Origin: Planctomycetota bacterium
GTDB lineage: Bacteria; Planctomycetota; JAJSAM01; JAJVHW01
Assembly: GCA_965248445.1 (NCBI GenBank)
Contig: CBDFJG010000004.1
Coordinates: 1,280,001 to 1,344,000, forward strand
DNA length: 64,000 nt
Reading direction: 5' to 3'
Of the stretch, positions 9,873 to 19,303 are shown piece by piece. The translations under genes were made by a program, and so were the position numbers. Positions within the stretch are counted from its first letter, which is position 1. Every line of letters starts with the position of its first letter. A model generated the notes under the pieces. That model ran no database searches. It had not been told where the DNA came from and saw nothing but the letters and a program-made list of their open reading frames with translations.

Positions 9873-11541
9873 CCGCATCTGTTCACGAGACGTCGCGATG
9901 ACGGTGCTTTCGGAGTCCACAGGGTCAGATCTTGGCCAGGCGAGGGCGGATGCTGTCGTCGTTGCCACAAGGGCAACGCGAGTGAGCGGCCGAAACGGCG
10001 CGGATTCTGCGGTGTGGGCAGACCGTAGGCCGGGCGGTGGTGTGGCGGACGGCGCGGCGGGACGTCAGGTCGGCTTCGGGGATGCCAGCAGTCGTTGCGC
10101 GCAGCGCTCGAAGACGTGCTGCCAGGGCCACGACGAGGACATCGAGACCCAGATCCGGCGCGTCGTGATCCGCACGAGCGCGCCGATCTTGAGCAGCCGC
10201 AGGCGGATCGTGCCGGCTTGCGCACGCGCCATCTCGGTGCCGGCGAGACCGATGCGTCGCAGCGCACAGGTCAGGACGTAGGCCATGGCCGACATGGCCA
10301 TCCGCACGGCGTTGCCCTGCATCGTGTGCACCGACAGACGGGTGCCGAAGAGCTCGAGCTGCTGCTCCTTGATGCGATTCTCCGCCTCGCCCCGGGCGCA
10401 GTAGAGCTGCTCGTAGAGACGCTTGCTGCTCCAGCTACGAGGCGGCAGATTGGTCACCACGAAGCGGGGATTGCGCTTGCCGCCCGGCAGGTGCTCGGCC
10501 TTGGCGACCACGCGACGCCTCTGGCTCCAGCTCCCCAGCGTGGTCCAGGCAAAGTCGCGAAAGACCCGGGCTGCTCGGCCGGTCTGCACGGCACGGGCTG
10601 CGGCCTCATCGAGCGCGTCTTCGACGTGTCGCTCAAGGCGCTCATTGCGCGCCATGCCCAGCAGGTAGAAGTGGCCGGCGGCCTCGCACCAGGCCATCAG
10701 CTCCTCGCGGCAAAAGCCCGAGTCTGCGCGCACGAGCACCTTGGCCCGGGGCCAGCGGCGCCGCAGACGTAAGACCAGCGCACGGAGCTCGTCCACGACT
10801 CCGCGCGCGGGATCTCTGTCAGCGGTCTGGAGCCGAGCGAGCAAGAGGTGCTCGCCGCAGAAGACGTACAGCGGCAGGTAGCAGTAGTGCCCGTAGTAGC
10901 CGTGGAAGAAGCGGCCCTCCTGCCGGCCGTGCAGCCGCACGTCGGAGTGGTCCAGGTCCAGCACGAGCAGGCCCGGATCCTCCGGCCCCATGGCCTCGCA
11001 GAAGACGTCGCTGAGCACGCTGTCCACGCGCTCCTGGTCCATCTCGATCTTGGCGTAGCGCGTCTGTGCCGTGGCGCCGAGCTGCGTGGTCTCGAGCCGC
11101 GAGAGCGTCGGGTGCGTGGCCAGAGCACCCTCGCGCTTGCCGCACGCCGCGGCAAACAGCGGGTCCTTGCCGACATGGTCGTGGTCCACCAGATCCTCGT
11201 AGCCCGCGCACAGCCCGAAGACCCGCTGACGCAGCATCTGGCCGACCGTGTGCTCGACCCGACGCGGGTCCCGGTGGTCCCCGAAGCAGCGCGCAAACCG
11301 CGAGAGCAGATCGATGCGACGATCGGTCCGCTCGAGCAGCAGCACGCCCCCGTCGCTCGTCACGGTACCGGCGTCGAAGCGCGTCACCGCGGTGCGTCCA
11401 CAGATGCCCGCGAAGAGGGTCCCCTGCGGGCTACAGTCTGTCGTCATCGGGCCGGCGCTCCTGTCGGTGCAAGTACTAGCGAGTACGAGCACTTAGACAG
11501 ACGACGGCCCGCTCAGATTCCCGGCTGGTGAACGATTCGGG
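9873..11541 (-). mobile_element. IS1380-family insertion sequence (1669 bp) flanked by CTAG
   Basis: imperfect IRs CCGCATCTGTTCAC / GTGAACGATTCGGG; CTAG at 9869-9872 and 11542-11545. Confidence 0.9.
10065..11447 (-). CDS. IS1380 DDE transposase
   Basis: FDAGTVTSDGG, GYEDLVDH, HGRQEGRFFHGYY, VRADSGF, YCARGEAENRIKE motifs. Confidence 0.95.
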   Translation of the reverse strand: MTTDCSPQGTLFAGICGRTAVTRFDAGTVTSDGGVLLLERTDRRIDLLSRFARCFGDHRDPRRVEHTVGQMLRQRVFGLCAGYEDLVDHDHVGKDPLFAAACGKREGALATHPTLSRLETTQLGATAQTRYAKIEMDQERVDSVLSDVFCEAMGPEDPGLLVLDLDHSDVRLHGRQEGRFFHGYYGHYCYLPLYVFCGEHLLLARLQTADRDPARGVVDELRALVLRLRRRWPRAKVLVRADSGFCREELMAWCEAAGHFYLLGMARNERLERHVEDALDEAAARAVQTGRAARVFRDFAWTTLGSWSQRRRVVAKAEHLPGGKRNPRFVVTNLPPRSWSSKRLYEQLYCARGEAENRIKEQQLELFGTRLSVHTMQGNAVRMAMSAMAYVLTCALRRIGLAGTEMARAQAGTIRLRLLKIGALVRITTRRIWVSMSSSWPWQHVFERCAQRLLASPKPT

Positions 11542-11736
11542 CTAGAGCGCCCGGGGGTCCGGCGCGAGGCCCGGGCCCGAACTCAGGACGCAGGGCGGCC
11601 GGTCGCACGTTTCCGCAGCAGGGGCAGCTCGGTCACGCCTACCCGGCAGGGCATTGCTCGCAGCCGCCGGGGCGTGCGTCGTAGGCTGCGGGACTGGCCG
11701 CCAGGCGGCCTACAGAACACGATCAGGAGCCATCCG

Positions 11737-12981
11737 ATGGGCGACTTCGCCAGCATCCCCGAGATCCTCGACGAGCTCCGCCAGGGGCGCTTCATCGTCC
11801 TGGTAGACGACCCCAGCCGCGAGAACGAGGGCGACCTGATCCTCGCCGCGGAGAAGGTCACGCCCCAGCACGTGAACTTCATGCTCACCCACGGTCGCGG
11901 CGAGGTCTGCACGACCATGCCCCAGAAGTGGGCGATGCGTCTCGGGCTCGAATTGCAGGTGTCGACGAACACGTCGCCGATGGGCTGCGCGAAGTGCGTC
12001 ACGGTCGACGCCGTCGAGGGCACCTCGACGGGCGTGTCCGCCTCGGACCAGGCGACGAGCATCCGCAAGCTCGCCGACCCGCGTGCGGGTCCGGACGACT
12101 TCAGCCGTCCGGGGCACACGCGCCCGATCCGCGCCCGGCCCGGCGGCGTCCTCGTGCGCACCGGACACACCGAGGGCTGCAGCGACCTCGCGCGCATGGC
12201 CGGGTTCCAGCCGATCGGCGTGCTGTGCGAGATCCTCGACGAGGACGGAGAGCCCCGCCGGCTGCCGTCCCTGCGCGAGTTCGCGGCGCAGCACGACCTC
12301 AAGATGACGACGATCGAGGAGCTGATCCGCTACCGGCGCGAGACCGAGCGCCTGGTGCGCAGGAAGGTGACGACCCGTGTGCCCACCGCGCACGGCGTGT
12401 TCTCGATCCACCTGTACGCGAACGCCGTCGACCGCAACCAGCACATCGCGCTCACCATGGGCATCGACGCGCCGGCGGACGCGGCGCCCGCGGAGGCACA
12501 GGACGACGCGATCCTCGTACGTGTGCACAGCGAGTGCCTGACCGGGGACATCTTCGGGTCGATCCGCTGCGACTGCGGCGCGCAGCTCAACGCTGCGATG
12601 CGCGCGGTCGCCGAAGCCGGACGCGGCGTCGTGCTGTACCTGCGCCAGGAAGGGCGCGGCATCGGCCTCGAGAACAAGCTGCTCGCCTACCGCCTGCAGG
12701 AGCACGGTCTCGACACCGTCGAGGCGAACAAGAAGCTTGGCTTCAAGGCGGATGAACGCGACTACGGCATCGGCGCGCAGATCCTGCACGACTTGGGTGT
12801 GCGGCGCATGCGGCTGATGACGAACAACCCGAAGAAGCTGCAGGCGATCGCCGGGTTCGGACTCGAGCTGGCCGAGCGCGTGCCGCTCGAGATCGCGGCG
12901 ACCGAAGAGAGCGCGGACTACCTGCGCGCCAAACGCGACAAGCTCGGACACCTGCTGCACGGGCTGCCTTCCGAGGCGTAG
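11737..12981 (+). CDS. ribBA: bifunctional DHBP synthase / GTP cyclohydrolase II
   Basis: RENEGDL and RTGHTE; RVHSECLTGD...CDCG, QEGRGIGL, LMTNNPKK; ATG 11737 with AGGAG. Confidence 0.93.
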   Translation: MGDFASIPEILDELRQGRFIVLVDDPSRENEGDLILAAEKVTPQHVNFMLTHGRGEVCTTMPQKWAMRLGLELQVSTNTSPMGCAKCVTVDAVEGTSTGVSASDQATSIRKLADPRAGPDDFSRPGHTRPIRARPGGVLVRTGHTEGCSDLARMAGFQPIGVLCEILDEDGEPRRLPSLREFAAQHDLKMTTIEELIRYRRETERLVRRKVTTRVPTAHGVFSIHLYANAVDRNQHIALTMGIDAPADAAPAEAQDDAILVRVHSECLTGDIFGSIRCDCGAQLNAAMRAVAEAGRGVVLYLRQEGRGIGLENKLLAYRLQEHGLDTVEANKKLGFKADERDYGIGAQILHDLGVRRMRLMTNNPKKLQAIAGFGLELAERVPLEIAATEESADYLRAKRDKLGHLLHGLPSEA

Positions 12982-13024
12982 CATCTTGACGGTCGAGAAC
13001 GGCGGGGGGACGGGAGCGAGCGAC

Positions 13025-13393
13025 ATGATCGGAGAGACCGCCGAACTGCTGCTCGCAAACGAGACGTTCTACGAGGCGTTCGCCGCAGGTGACGTCGATG
13101 CGATGGACGGTCTCTGGGCGCGACACACACACGTCGCGTGCGTGCACCCCGGTCACGACGTCCTGACCGGACGGGACGCGGTGATGACGTCGTGGAGGAG
13201 CATCCTCGGCTCGGGCGGCGCGCCGGGATTCCAATGCGAGCGAGCGCACGTGACGTTGCTCGGAGAGGCGGGCTTCGTCACCTGCATCGAGCGCCTCGGC
13301 CAGGGCCGGCTGATCGCAACGAACGTCTTCGCGCGCGAGGACGGCGAGTGGCGCATGGTCCACCACCACGCCGACCCGCTTCCGCCCGCCTGA
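13025..13393 (+). CDS. SnoaL/NTF2-like domain protein
   Basis: ANETFYEAF...MDGLW...CVHPG...GRDAVMTSW...ATNVF...WRMVHHH pattern. Confidence 0.85.
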   Translation: MIGETAELLLANETFYEAFAAGDVDAMDGLWARHTHVACVHPGHDVLTGRDAVMTSWRSILGSGGAPGFQCERAHVTLLGEAGFVTCIERLGQGRLIATNVFAREDGEWRMVHHHADPLPPA

Positions 13394-13473
13394 CCTCGGG
13401 CTGAGCACGTCCTCCGCCCGACTCGGAATGACGCTCGCATCGGCATCGCGCCCCCCGGTAGGCTCCGCACAGC

Positions 13474-13620
13474 ATGAAGTTGGAAGGAGTTCCGCTCGAG
13501 AAGCACCGGACGCGCCTGCGTTCGGGATTCTCGCTTCTCGCGGTTCTCGCCGCGGTCTCCGTGGTCGAGTTGCTCGTGGTGCTCGTGGTGGGGCACCAGA
13601 TGTTCGGCTTGACCTACTGA
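13474..13620 (+). CDS. 48-aa membrane peptide with prepilin-like N-terminus (absent from ORF track)
   Basis: MKLEGVPLEKHRTRLRSG|FSLLAVLAAVSVVELLVVLVVGHQMFGLTY*; stop 7 nt before next gene. Confidence 0.45.
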   Translation: MKLEGVPLEKHRTRLRSGFSLLAVLAAVSVVELLVVLVVGHQMFGLTY

Positions 13621-13627
13621 GGGCGTC

Positions 13628-14452
13628 GTGAACGGCCTAGCCGTCACGATCCTCGGAGCGGGGACCGCGGTACCCACACTCGGGCGTTTCCCCGCCGGCG
13701 TTCTCGTCGCAGGCGGCGGCGCGCGCATCCTCATCGACTGCGGTCCCGGCGTGCTGCGTCGCTTGCCGGAAGTCGGGATCGGTCTGGAGCAGATCGACGC
13801 CGTGCTGCTGACGCACCGGCACCTGGATCACAACGCGGATCTCGCAGCACTCCTGTTCGCGCTGCAGAACCCGCGGTACGAGGGACGCAAGCCGCTCCAC
13901 GTGCGCGGCGCCGCATGGCTGACGGAGTACCTCGCGGGAATCCGCGCCGCGTGGCCCAAGTGGACCGAGCCGCGCGGGTACGAACTCGACGTCGCGACGA
14001 TCGGTGCCGGAGCGTTCGAGCTGTGCGGACTGACGATCACCGCGGTCCCCGTCACGCACAGCGAAGGATCCCTCGCGTACCGCATCGAGCATGCTGGACG
14101 CTCGGTCGCGGTCAGCGGTGACGCCGACGCGCTCGATGGACTCGCCGACGTCGCGCGCGGAGTCGACGTCTTCGTGTGCGAGGCGGCGGTGCCCGAGAGC
14201 GAACGGCGGGGCCGGCACCTGAGCGCTGAGCTGGCCGGACGGGCGGCCCGCGAGGCGGGCTGTAAGACGCTGTGCCTGACCCACCTCTATCCGGAGTGCA
14301 CCGGGCTCCCCTCGGCCGATCTCGCCGCCGAGGCCTTCCCCGGCGAAATCGTGGTGGCCCGGGACCTCCTCCGATTCGATCTGGCTCCGCTTCGATCTGA
14401 CGGCCCGCAGGGGCTCGAAGTGAGCCTGCCGCCGAGGCTCCGCCGCTCGTAG
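13628..14452 (+). CDS. MBL-fold metallo-hydrolase (RNase Z/AtsA-like)
   Basis: ILGAGTAVP, LIDCGPG, THRHLDH (HxHxDH), SGD, LTHLYP. Confidence 0.85.
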   Translation: MNGLAVTILGAGTAVPTLGRFPAGVLVAGGGARILIDCGPGVLRRLPEVGIGLEQIDAVLLTHRHLDHNADLAALLFALQNPRYEGRKPLHVRGAAWLTEYLAGIRAAWPKWTEPRGYELDVATIGAGAFELCGLTITAVPVTHSEGSLAYRIEHAGRSVAVSGDADALDGLADVARGVDVFVCEAAVPESERRGRHLSAELAGRAAREAGCKTLCLTHLYPECTGLPSADLAAEAFPGEIVVARDLLRFDLAPLRSDGPQGLEVSLPPRLRRS

Positions 14453-14526
14453 AGCGGAGTAGGGAAGATGACCAGCGATGGGACGTCCAACGAAGCGCCC
14501 CACGATCTGCGACGCGGAGGAAACGG

Positions 14527-15078
14527 GTGAAGGACGCCGAGCTCGTCGTCGCCGCCCGCAAAGGCGACGGCGCCGCCTTCGCTGAGCTGGTCGACCGGTA
14601 CGAGGAGAGAGTTCTCCGCCTCGTCCGGGGGATGGTCCCGGTGGCGGATGTGGAGGACGTGGCCCAGGAGGCGCTCCTCAAGGCGTACCGGAAGCTGGCC
14701 CTCTTCGATGGGCGGTCGTCGTTCTACACCTGGCTCTACCGGCTCACGGCCAACACGGCCATGGACTGGCGGAAGAAGGAGGCACGGCGGCGTCACGCTC
14801 CGCTGCCCGAGGGCGCGGAAGGACAGGACCTGCTCCCCGGACGCAGCCCGACACCCGCGGCACGGGCGGCCCAGCGAGAGCTCGGCCGGTTGATCGACGA
14901 AGCGATCGCGTCCCTCTCGCCGCAGCACCACGAGATCCTCATGCTCCGTGAGGTGCAGGGACTCGCCTACGACGACATCGCACAGGCGCTCGACATCAGC
15001 AAGGGGACCGTGGAGTCCCGGCTGTTCCGGGCGCGGGAACACCTCCGCCGAACACTGAGACCGCAGCTCGAAGAGTAA
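14527..15078 (+). CDS. ECF RNA polymerase sigma factor
   Basis: AFAELVDRY, EDVAQEALLKAY, FYTWLYRL, GLAYDDIA..LDISKGTVESRLFRAR. Confidence 0.93.
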   Translation: MKDAELVVAARKGDGAAFAELVDRYEERVLRLVRGMVPVADVEDVAQEALLKAYRKLALFDGRSSFYTWLYRLTANTAMDWRKKEARRRHAPLPEGAEGQDLLPGRSPTPAARAAQRELGRLIDEAIASLSPQHHEILMLREVQGLAYDDIAQALDISKGTVESRLFRAREHLRRTLRPQLEE

Positions 15079-15085
15079 GAACCGC

Positions 15086-15568
15086 ATGAACAACAACGCG
15101 CCCCCCACCGATCCGCACTGGCCCACCGATCCGCGCTGCGAACGCGTGCGACTCTTGCTGTCGCTCGCGATCGACAGGGCCGCAACGCCGCAGCAGCAGC
15201 GCGAAATCGACGACCACCTGCCCGCGTGCGCGGGCTGCCGCACGTCGACGCTCGCCGACCGCGCCGTGCGTGTGCGCCTGCAGGAGCCGGCCGTCGTACC
15301 GGCCGGGTTCAAGGAGCGCGTCCTCGCCGCGATCACGCGACAAGCGGCGGTCGCGCGCTCCCAGAACCGCTTCCTGATGGCCGGTGCGGCTGCGGCCGTG
15401 GTCATCGCCGCCCTATCCGTGGCGCTGCTCCGTCCCGACGGCAGCGGCGACGGCGACGGCGAAGGCGAGACAGTCGCGGCGCAGGACGAGCGCGTGCTCG
15501 TGCGGGACGCCGTCACCGTCTCGTTCGCTGCGGGACGTGTTGCAGCTCCCACGAAGGAGAACCGCTGA
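15086..15568 (+). CDS. zf-HC2 anti-sigma factor with TM segment
   Basis: HLPACAGC (HxxxCxxC), TM FLMAGAAAAVVIAALSVALL, directly follows sigma. Confidence 0.85.
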   Translation: MNNNAPPTDPHWPTDPRCERVRLLLSLAIDRAATPQQQREIDDHLPACAGCRTSTLADRAVRVRLQEPAVVPAGFKERVLAAITRQAAVARSQNRFLMAGAAAAVVIAALSVALLRPDGSGDGDGEGETVAAQDERVLVRDAVTVSFAAGRVAAPTKENR

Positions 15569-15936
15569 TGCTTGCCGACAAGATGATCCTGTCCTCCACG
15601 CTGCTCGTGGCGTTCGCCTCGGGCGGGGCCGTGGGATACGCGCTGAACGACGGCCCGGCTGCGGACGATCGCAACCCCTACGCGGCCCGCATGGTCTTCA
15701 ACGAGCAGATCACGGAGCTGCAGGCCAAGGGCTACGAGAAGGCCGAGGCCGACGACGCTGTCGACGCGTACACCGACTACCTCCGCGAGTACCAGAAGTG
15801 GTGGGATGCGTTCGCCGAGAGCCACGGCGCCAACCTCGACCTCGTGGACGAGGAACTGCGGGAGCGGCTGGCAGAGGTCGAGGCCAGGTACCGCACACGG
15901 ACGGGCGGTCCGGACTCGGGAAACGACAAGAAGTGA
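15568..15936 (+). CDS. membrane-anchored/periplasmic helical protein co-transcribed with ECF/anti-sigma
   Basis: TGATG overlap, AAGGAG RBS, N-terminal hydrophobic LLVAFASGGAVGYAL. Confidence 0.7.
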   Translation: MLADKMILSSTLLVAFASGGAVGYALNDGPAADDRNPYAARMVFNEQITELQAKGYEKAEADDAVDAYTDYLREYQKWWDAFAESHGANLDLVDEELRERLAEVEARYRTRTGGPDSGNDKK

Positions 15937-16031
15937 GACACCCCGCGCCAGTGCTGGACAGCGACCGGCCGGACCGGGAGCCTCGCGCGCTGCAATGGGC
16001 CCCGAGGGGCCGGGAAGGGAGCCGCTAGAGC

Positions 16032-17819
16032 ATGGCCAAGGCCGTCGGAATCGATATCGGAGCACGCGCCGTCAAGCTCGCCGTCGTGGACGGCGGCCCC
16101 AAGGGCGCCAAGCTCCTGCGCTTCGTGGAGCGGCCCTACGAGACCGAGGGCGCTCCCACCCAGACGGAGATCCTCGACGCGCTCAAGAAGGCGCTCGCGG
16201 CGGCCAAGGCACCCAAGAACGCTGCGTGCTTCGCGATGCCCGCGGAGCGCTGCGTGCTGCGCGAGGTCTCCGTGCCGTTCACGCAGGACGATCAGATCGC
16301 GAAGGTCGTCAAGTTCGAGTTCGAGCCGCACCTTCACAGCGCCGCGATCGAGGACGTGATCGTGGACTACATCACGACCGGCCCGTCGCGCACCGGGACA
16401 CGCCTGCTCGTCATGGCGTGCATCAAGACGAATCTGAGCCAGCTGCTCGACGAGCTGAAGCAGGCCGGCATCGATCCGCTGCACGTCGACGTCGATGTCG
16501 CCGCGCTGTGGAACGTCGCCGCGGCCGCCGGCGTGACCGCCGCCGATCCGAACTGCCTCATCCTCGACGTCGGCGCGCGCACCACGAAGACGCTGCTCGT
16601 GCAGGACGGCCTGCTCAAGGTCGCCCGTTCGATCCGCATCGGATCCGACAGCGCGCGCAAGCGCCTGACCACCGACTTCGAGGGCGATGCGGCCGAGGCC
16701 GAGAAGGCGCTCGAGGCCGCCTCCGGCGTCGAGGCGCTGGCGGCGCCCGTCGAGGTGGCCGGCACGCTCGAGATCGTCCACTCCGTCGGCGCCATCGAGA
16801 CCGCGGTGGCAAAGTCGCGCGCCGACCAGTTCCTGAGGCGCGTTGTGCGCGAAACGCAGCGCACGCTCCCGATGATGGGAGACGAGTCCGCAATCACGCG
16901 CATCTACGTCACGGGCGGAGGCATCGCTGACCACCCGAACACGCGCCACGAACTCGAAGAGCGCTTCGGCGTGCCGGTCGTGGATCTGCCCGTGCAAGAC
17001 GCGGTCGGCCATGACCTGCCGCCGTCCGAGGCCGAGGACCTGCGCCGTTCGGGCGCCGTCGCCGTCGGCACCGCTCTCAAGGTGCTCGGCATCGATGTCG
17101 CCGACATCGATCTGCGCCAGGACGAGTTCCGCTTCGCCCGCACATTCGACCAGCTCAAGAACGTGCTCGCCTTCGGCGTCACGTTCGCGTTCTTCGCCGT
17201 GTTCCTGCTCTTCCTCGCAACCTTTATGAAGAAGCAGCGGCTCGACCTTGAACTCGAGAAGCTCGTCAAAGCGACACACGAGAAGCTCGACGCCGAGGTG
17301 TTCCAGGCCTACCGCGAAAACGTCAGCGACGCACGTCCGCTGATGATCTCGCAGGACCCGCAGAAGTACTTCCAGACGGCCGAGTCGTCGATCAAGAAGA
17401 TCAACAACCACCTCGAAAACGAACTGGGGCTCGGCACGTCGGTGCCGCCCGTGATCTCGGCACTCGAGATCCAGCAGGCGGTCATGGCGAGCCTCAAGGC
17501 GGTGCGCGGCAAGGTCGAGTTCCTGGCGATCAAGTCGGAGGACTACGACCAGGAGAAGGCGACCGTGTCCGTGATCGTCGGGCAGTTGCAGGACATCGAC
17601 ACGATCGTCACGGAGCTGAGCAAGCACACGCCCGAGAAGGGCGGCACGCTGTTCGAGAGCGTGGACAACCAGCCACCCCGCCCGACCAAGCTGCAGCGTT
17701 ACGACGTGCCGATCCGGCTGACGATCGCAGCGCGCGATTCGGAGCCGGCGGAGGACACGGGCGCACTCGAGCCGGACGGCACGCGAGAAGTCGACACGGC
17801 GAAAGGCGGTGGCAAGTGA
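16032..17819 (+). CDS. PilM/GspL-like actin-fold protein fused to TM and periplasmic PilN-like region
   Basis: VGIDIGARAVK, ILDVGARTT, IYVTGGG, AVAVGTAL, then TM and periplasmic domain. Confidence 0.8.
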   Translation: MAKAVGIDIGARAVKLAVVDGGPKGAKLLRFVERPYETEGAPTQTEILDALKKALAAAKAPKNAACFAMPAERCVLREVSVPFTQDDQIAKVVKFEFEPHLHSAAIEDVIVDYITTGPSRTGTRLLVMACIKTNLSQLLDELKQAGIDPLHVDVDVAALWNVAAAAGVTAADPNCLILDVGARTTKTLLVQDGLLKVARSIRIGSDSARKRLTTDFEGDAAEAEKALEAASGVEALAAPVEVAGTLEIVHSVGAIETAVAKSRADQFLRRVVRETQRTLPMMGDESAITRIYVTGGGIADHPNTRHELEERFGVPVVDLPVQDAVGHDLPPSEAEDLRRSGAVAVGTALKVLGIDVADIDLRQDEFRFARTFDQLKNVLAFGVTFAFFAVFLLFLATFMKKQRLDLELEKLVKATHEKLDAEVFQAYRENVSDARPLMISQDPQKYFQTAESSIKKINNHLENELGLGTSVPPVISALEIQQAVMASLKAVRGKVEFLAIKSEDYDQEKATVSVIVGQLQDIDTIVTELSKHTPEKGGTLFESVDNQPPRPTKLQRYDVPIRLTIAARDSEPAEDTGALEPDGTREVDTAKGGGK

Positions 17820-18382
17820 AGGCCGAACGCACCGAAGTCGGCGACGACATGGATCTCGTCAAGGTCTACATCTGGCTCATGGCCGCGCTCAGCGTCGGCT
17901 TGGGCGGCGTGCTCTGGTACTTCAGCGGGCAGGTCGACCAGACGGACAAGCTCGTTAACACGGCGCGCAAGAAGATGGACGCGTTCTCCGACCAGAAGGA
18001 GGACGTGCTCGCGATGCTCAACGTGTTCACGAACAACCAGGAAGAGCAGGCGCGCGAGCACCCGATGACCTGGTTCCCTCGACGCTGGCAGCGCAAGGGC
18101 ATCTCCGACCAGTCCGTCCGTCCGGGCGCCTGGGTCGAGAAGTACTACCCGCGCGGCAACTTCGACGAGCACCGCATCGAGTTCAAGTTCGACAACAAGA
18201 AGCCGCTCAGCCGCCAGCACATCGGTGAGTTCGCACACGCCATCGAGCGCGACAGCACGCGCCTGCGCATCATCGAGATGAAGATGCGCCGCGCCTCCGG
18301 AGCCCGCAACGAGGAGTACAAGCCGGAGGACTGGTCCGGCGAGATCGTCGTCGGCTACCGCAAGGCACGCATTCGCGAGTAG
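17816..18382 (+). CDS. PilO/GspM-like bitopic membrane protein
   Basis: GTGA overlap with upstream gene; single N-terminal TM; position after PilM/N-like gene. Confidence 0.5.
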   Translation: MKAERTEVGDDMDLVKVYIWLMAALSVGLGGVLWYFSGQVDQTDKLVNTARKKMDAFSDQKEDVLAMLNVFTNNQEEQAREHPMTWFPRRWQRKGISDQSVRPGAWVEKYYPRGNFDEHRIEFKFDNKKPLSRQHIGEFAHAIERDSTRLRIIEMKMRRASGARNEEYKPEDWSGEIVVGYRKARIRE

Positions 18383-18424
18383 TCACTCGAGACCGGCGTC
18401 GATCGACGCGCGAGTCGTGCGGCG

Positions 18425-19132
18425 CTACGCTCGCGCCAGGAGTCCGCTCGCGACGAGTCCGTCCAGTTCCCGCACGAACCCTCGGACCCGCGGCACTCGC
18501 AGCGCGAGCGCGAAGGGTGCAAGTGACCGCTCCATCAGTCCGATGAGCTTGCGTGTGACGGATTGACCGCGGCTGCGGTCGAGGAGCCACCAGAGGATCG
18601 CGCCCAGGTGCACGAGGTACAGCACCCGGCCGAGCGCCGCCCCGGTTGCGCCGCGAGGTGCGTCCTTGGCCCCGGTGACGGCCCGCACGAAGGCTCCCTC
18701 GACCCGGGCGCGCGATGTCGCAGTCGACGCCGCGAAGAGCCCTTCGTCGGAGGTGCTGACGAGGAGCGGCACCAGCGCGCGCAGCGTGTCCCTGTGCGGG
18801 CCGAGCACCTCGAGACTCGCGCGTAGCGCCGTCCCGAATCGCTTCCGCCAGCTCCCGGCCGGCAAGCCCTGCGTGCGGTCGGCGAAGACGGCTGAGAGCT
18901 CATCATACAGCGCGAGCACGACGGCCCGCTTGCTCGGGAAGTAGCGGTAGAGGAGCCCCGGACTCACGTCGGCTCGTCGGGCGATGGCCCGGAGCGTCGT
19001 CCGCTGGTAGCCGTCGTCCGCAAAGAGCCGGATCGCGGTCTCGTACAGCCTCCGGCTGGTGGCCGCGCTCTTCAGGCTCGGGCCCCGTGGGCGGCCGGGA
19101 CCGCGGCTCCCGGGCGGATTTCGGGACGCCAC
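18425..19132 (-). CDS. TetR/AcrR family transcriptional regulator (start uncertain)
   Basis: TAIRLFADDGYQRTTLRAIARRADVSPGLLYRYFPSK HTH. Confidence 0.9.
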   Translation of the reverse strand: MASRNPPGSRGPGRPRGPSLKSAATSRRLYETAIRLFADDGYQRTTLRAIARRADVSPGLLYRYFPSKRAVVLALYDELSAVFADRTQGLPAGSWRKRFGTALRASLEVLGPHRDTLRALVPLLVSTSDEGLFAASTATSRARVEGAFVRAVTGAKDAPRGATGAALGRVLYLVHLGAILWWLLDRSRGQSVTRKLIGLMERSLAPFALALRVPRVRGFVRELDGLVASGLLARA

Positions 19133-19140
19133 GGCCTGAC

Positions 19141-19185
19141 CCGGAGTGTTATAACTAAACATGTTCACTTATATTGTCACAGCCG
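19141..19185. promoter_or_regulatory. AT-rich divergent promoter/operator with GTTATAAC and AACATGTT palindromes
   Basis: GTGTTATAACTAAACATGTTCACTTATATTGTCAC between divergent tetR and epimerase. Confidence 0.5.
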
Positions 19186-19303
19186 CGGACCGATGCCAAG
19201 GACGAAAGCGGGAGGTGAGAGATGAAGATCGTGATACCGGGAGGTAGCGGCCACATCGGGCAGGTGCTGGCACCGGCGCTCCGCGCACGCGGGCACGAGA
19301 TAG

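Noticed and set aside
11546..11736. FMN riboswitch upstream of ribBA
   Set aside because: The conserved RFN motifs (AGGGCGGGGTGAAATTCCC...CCGACGGT) are not recognisable.
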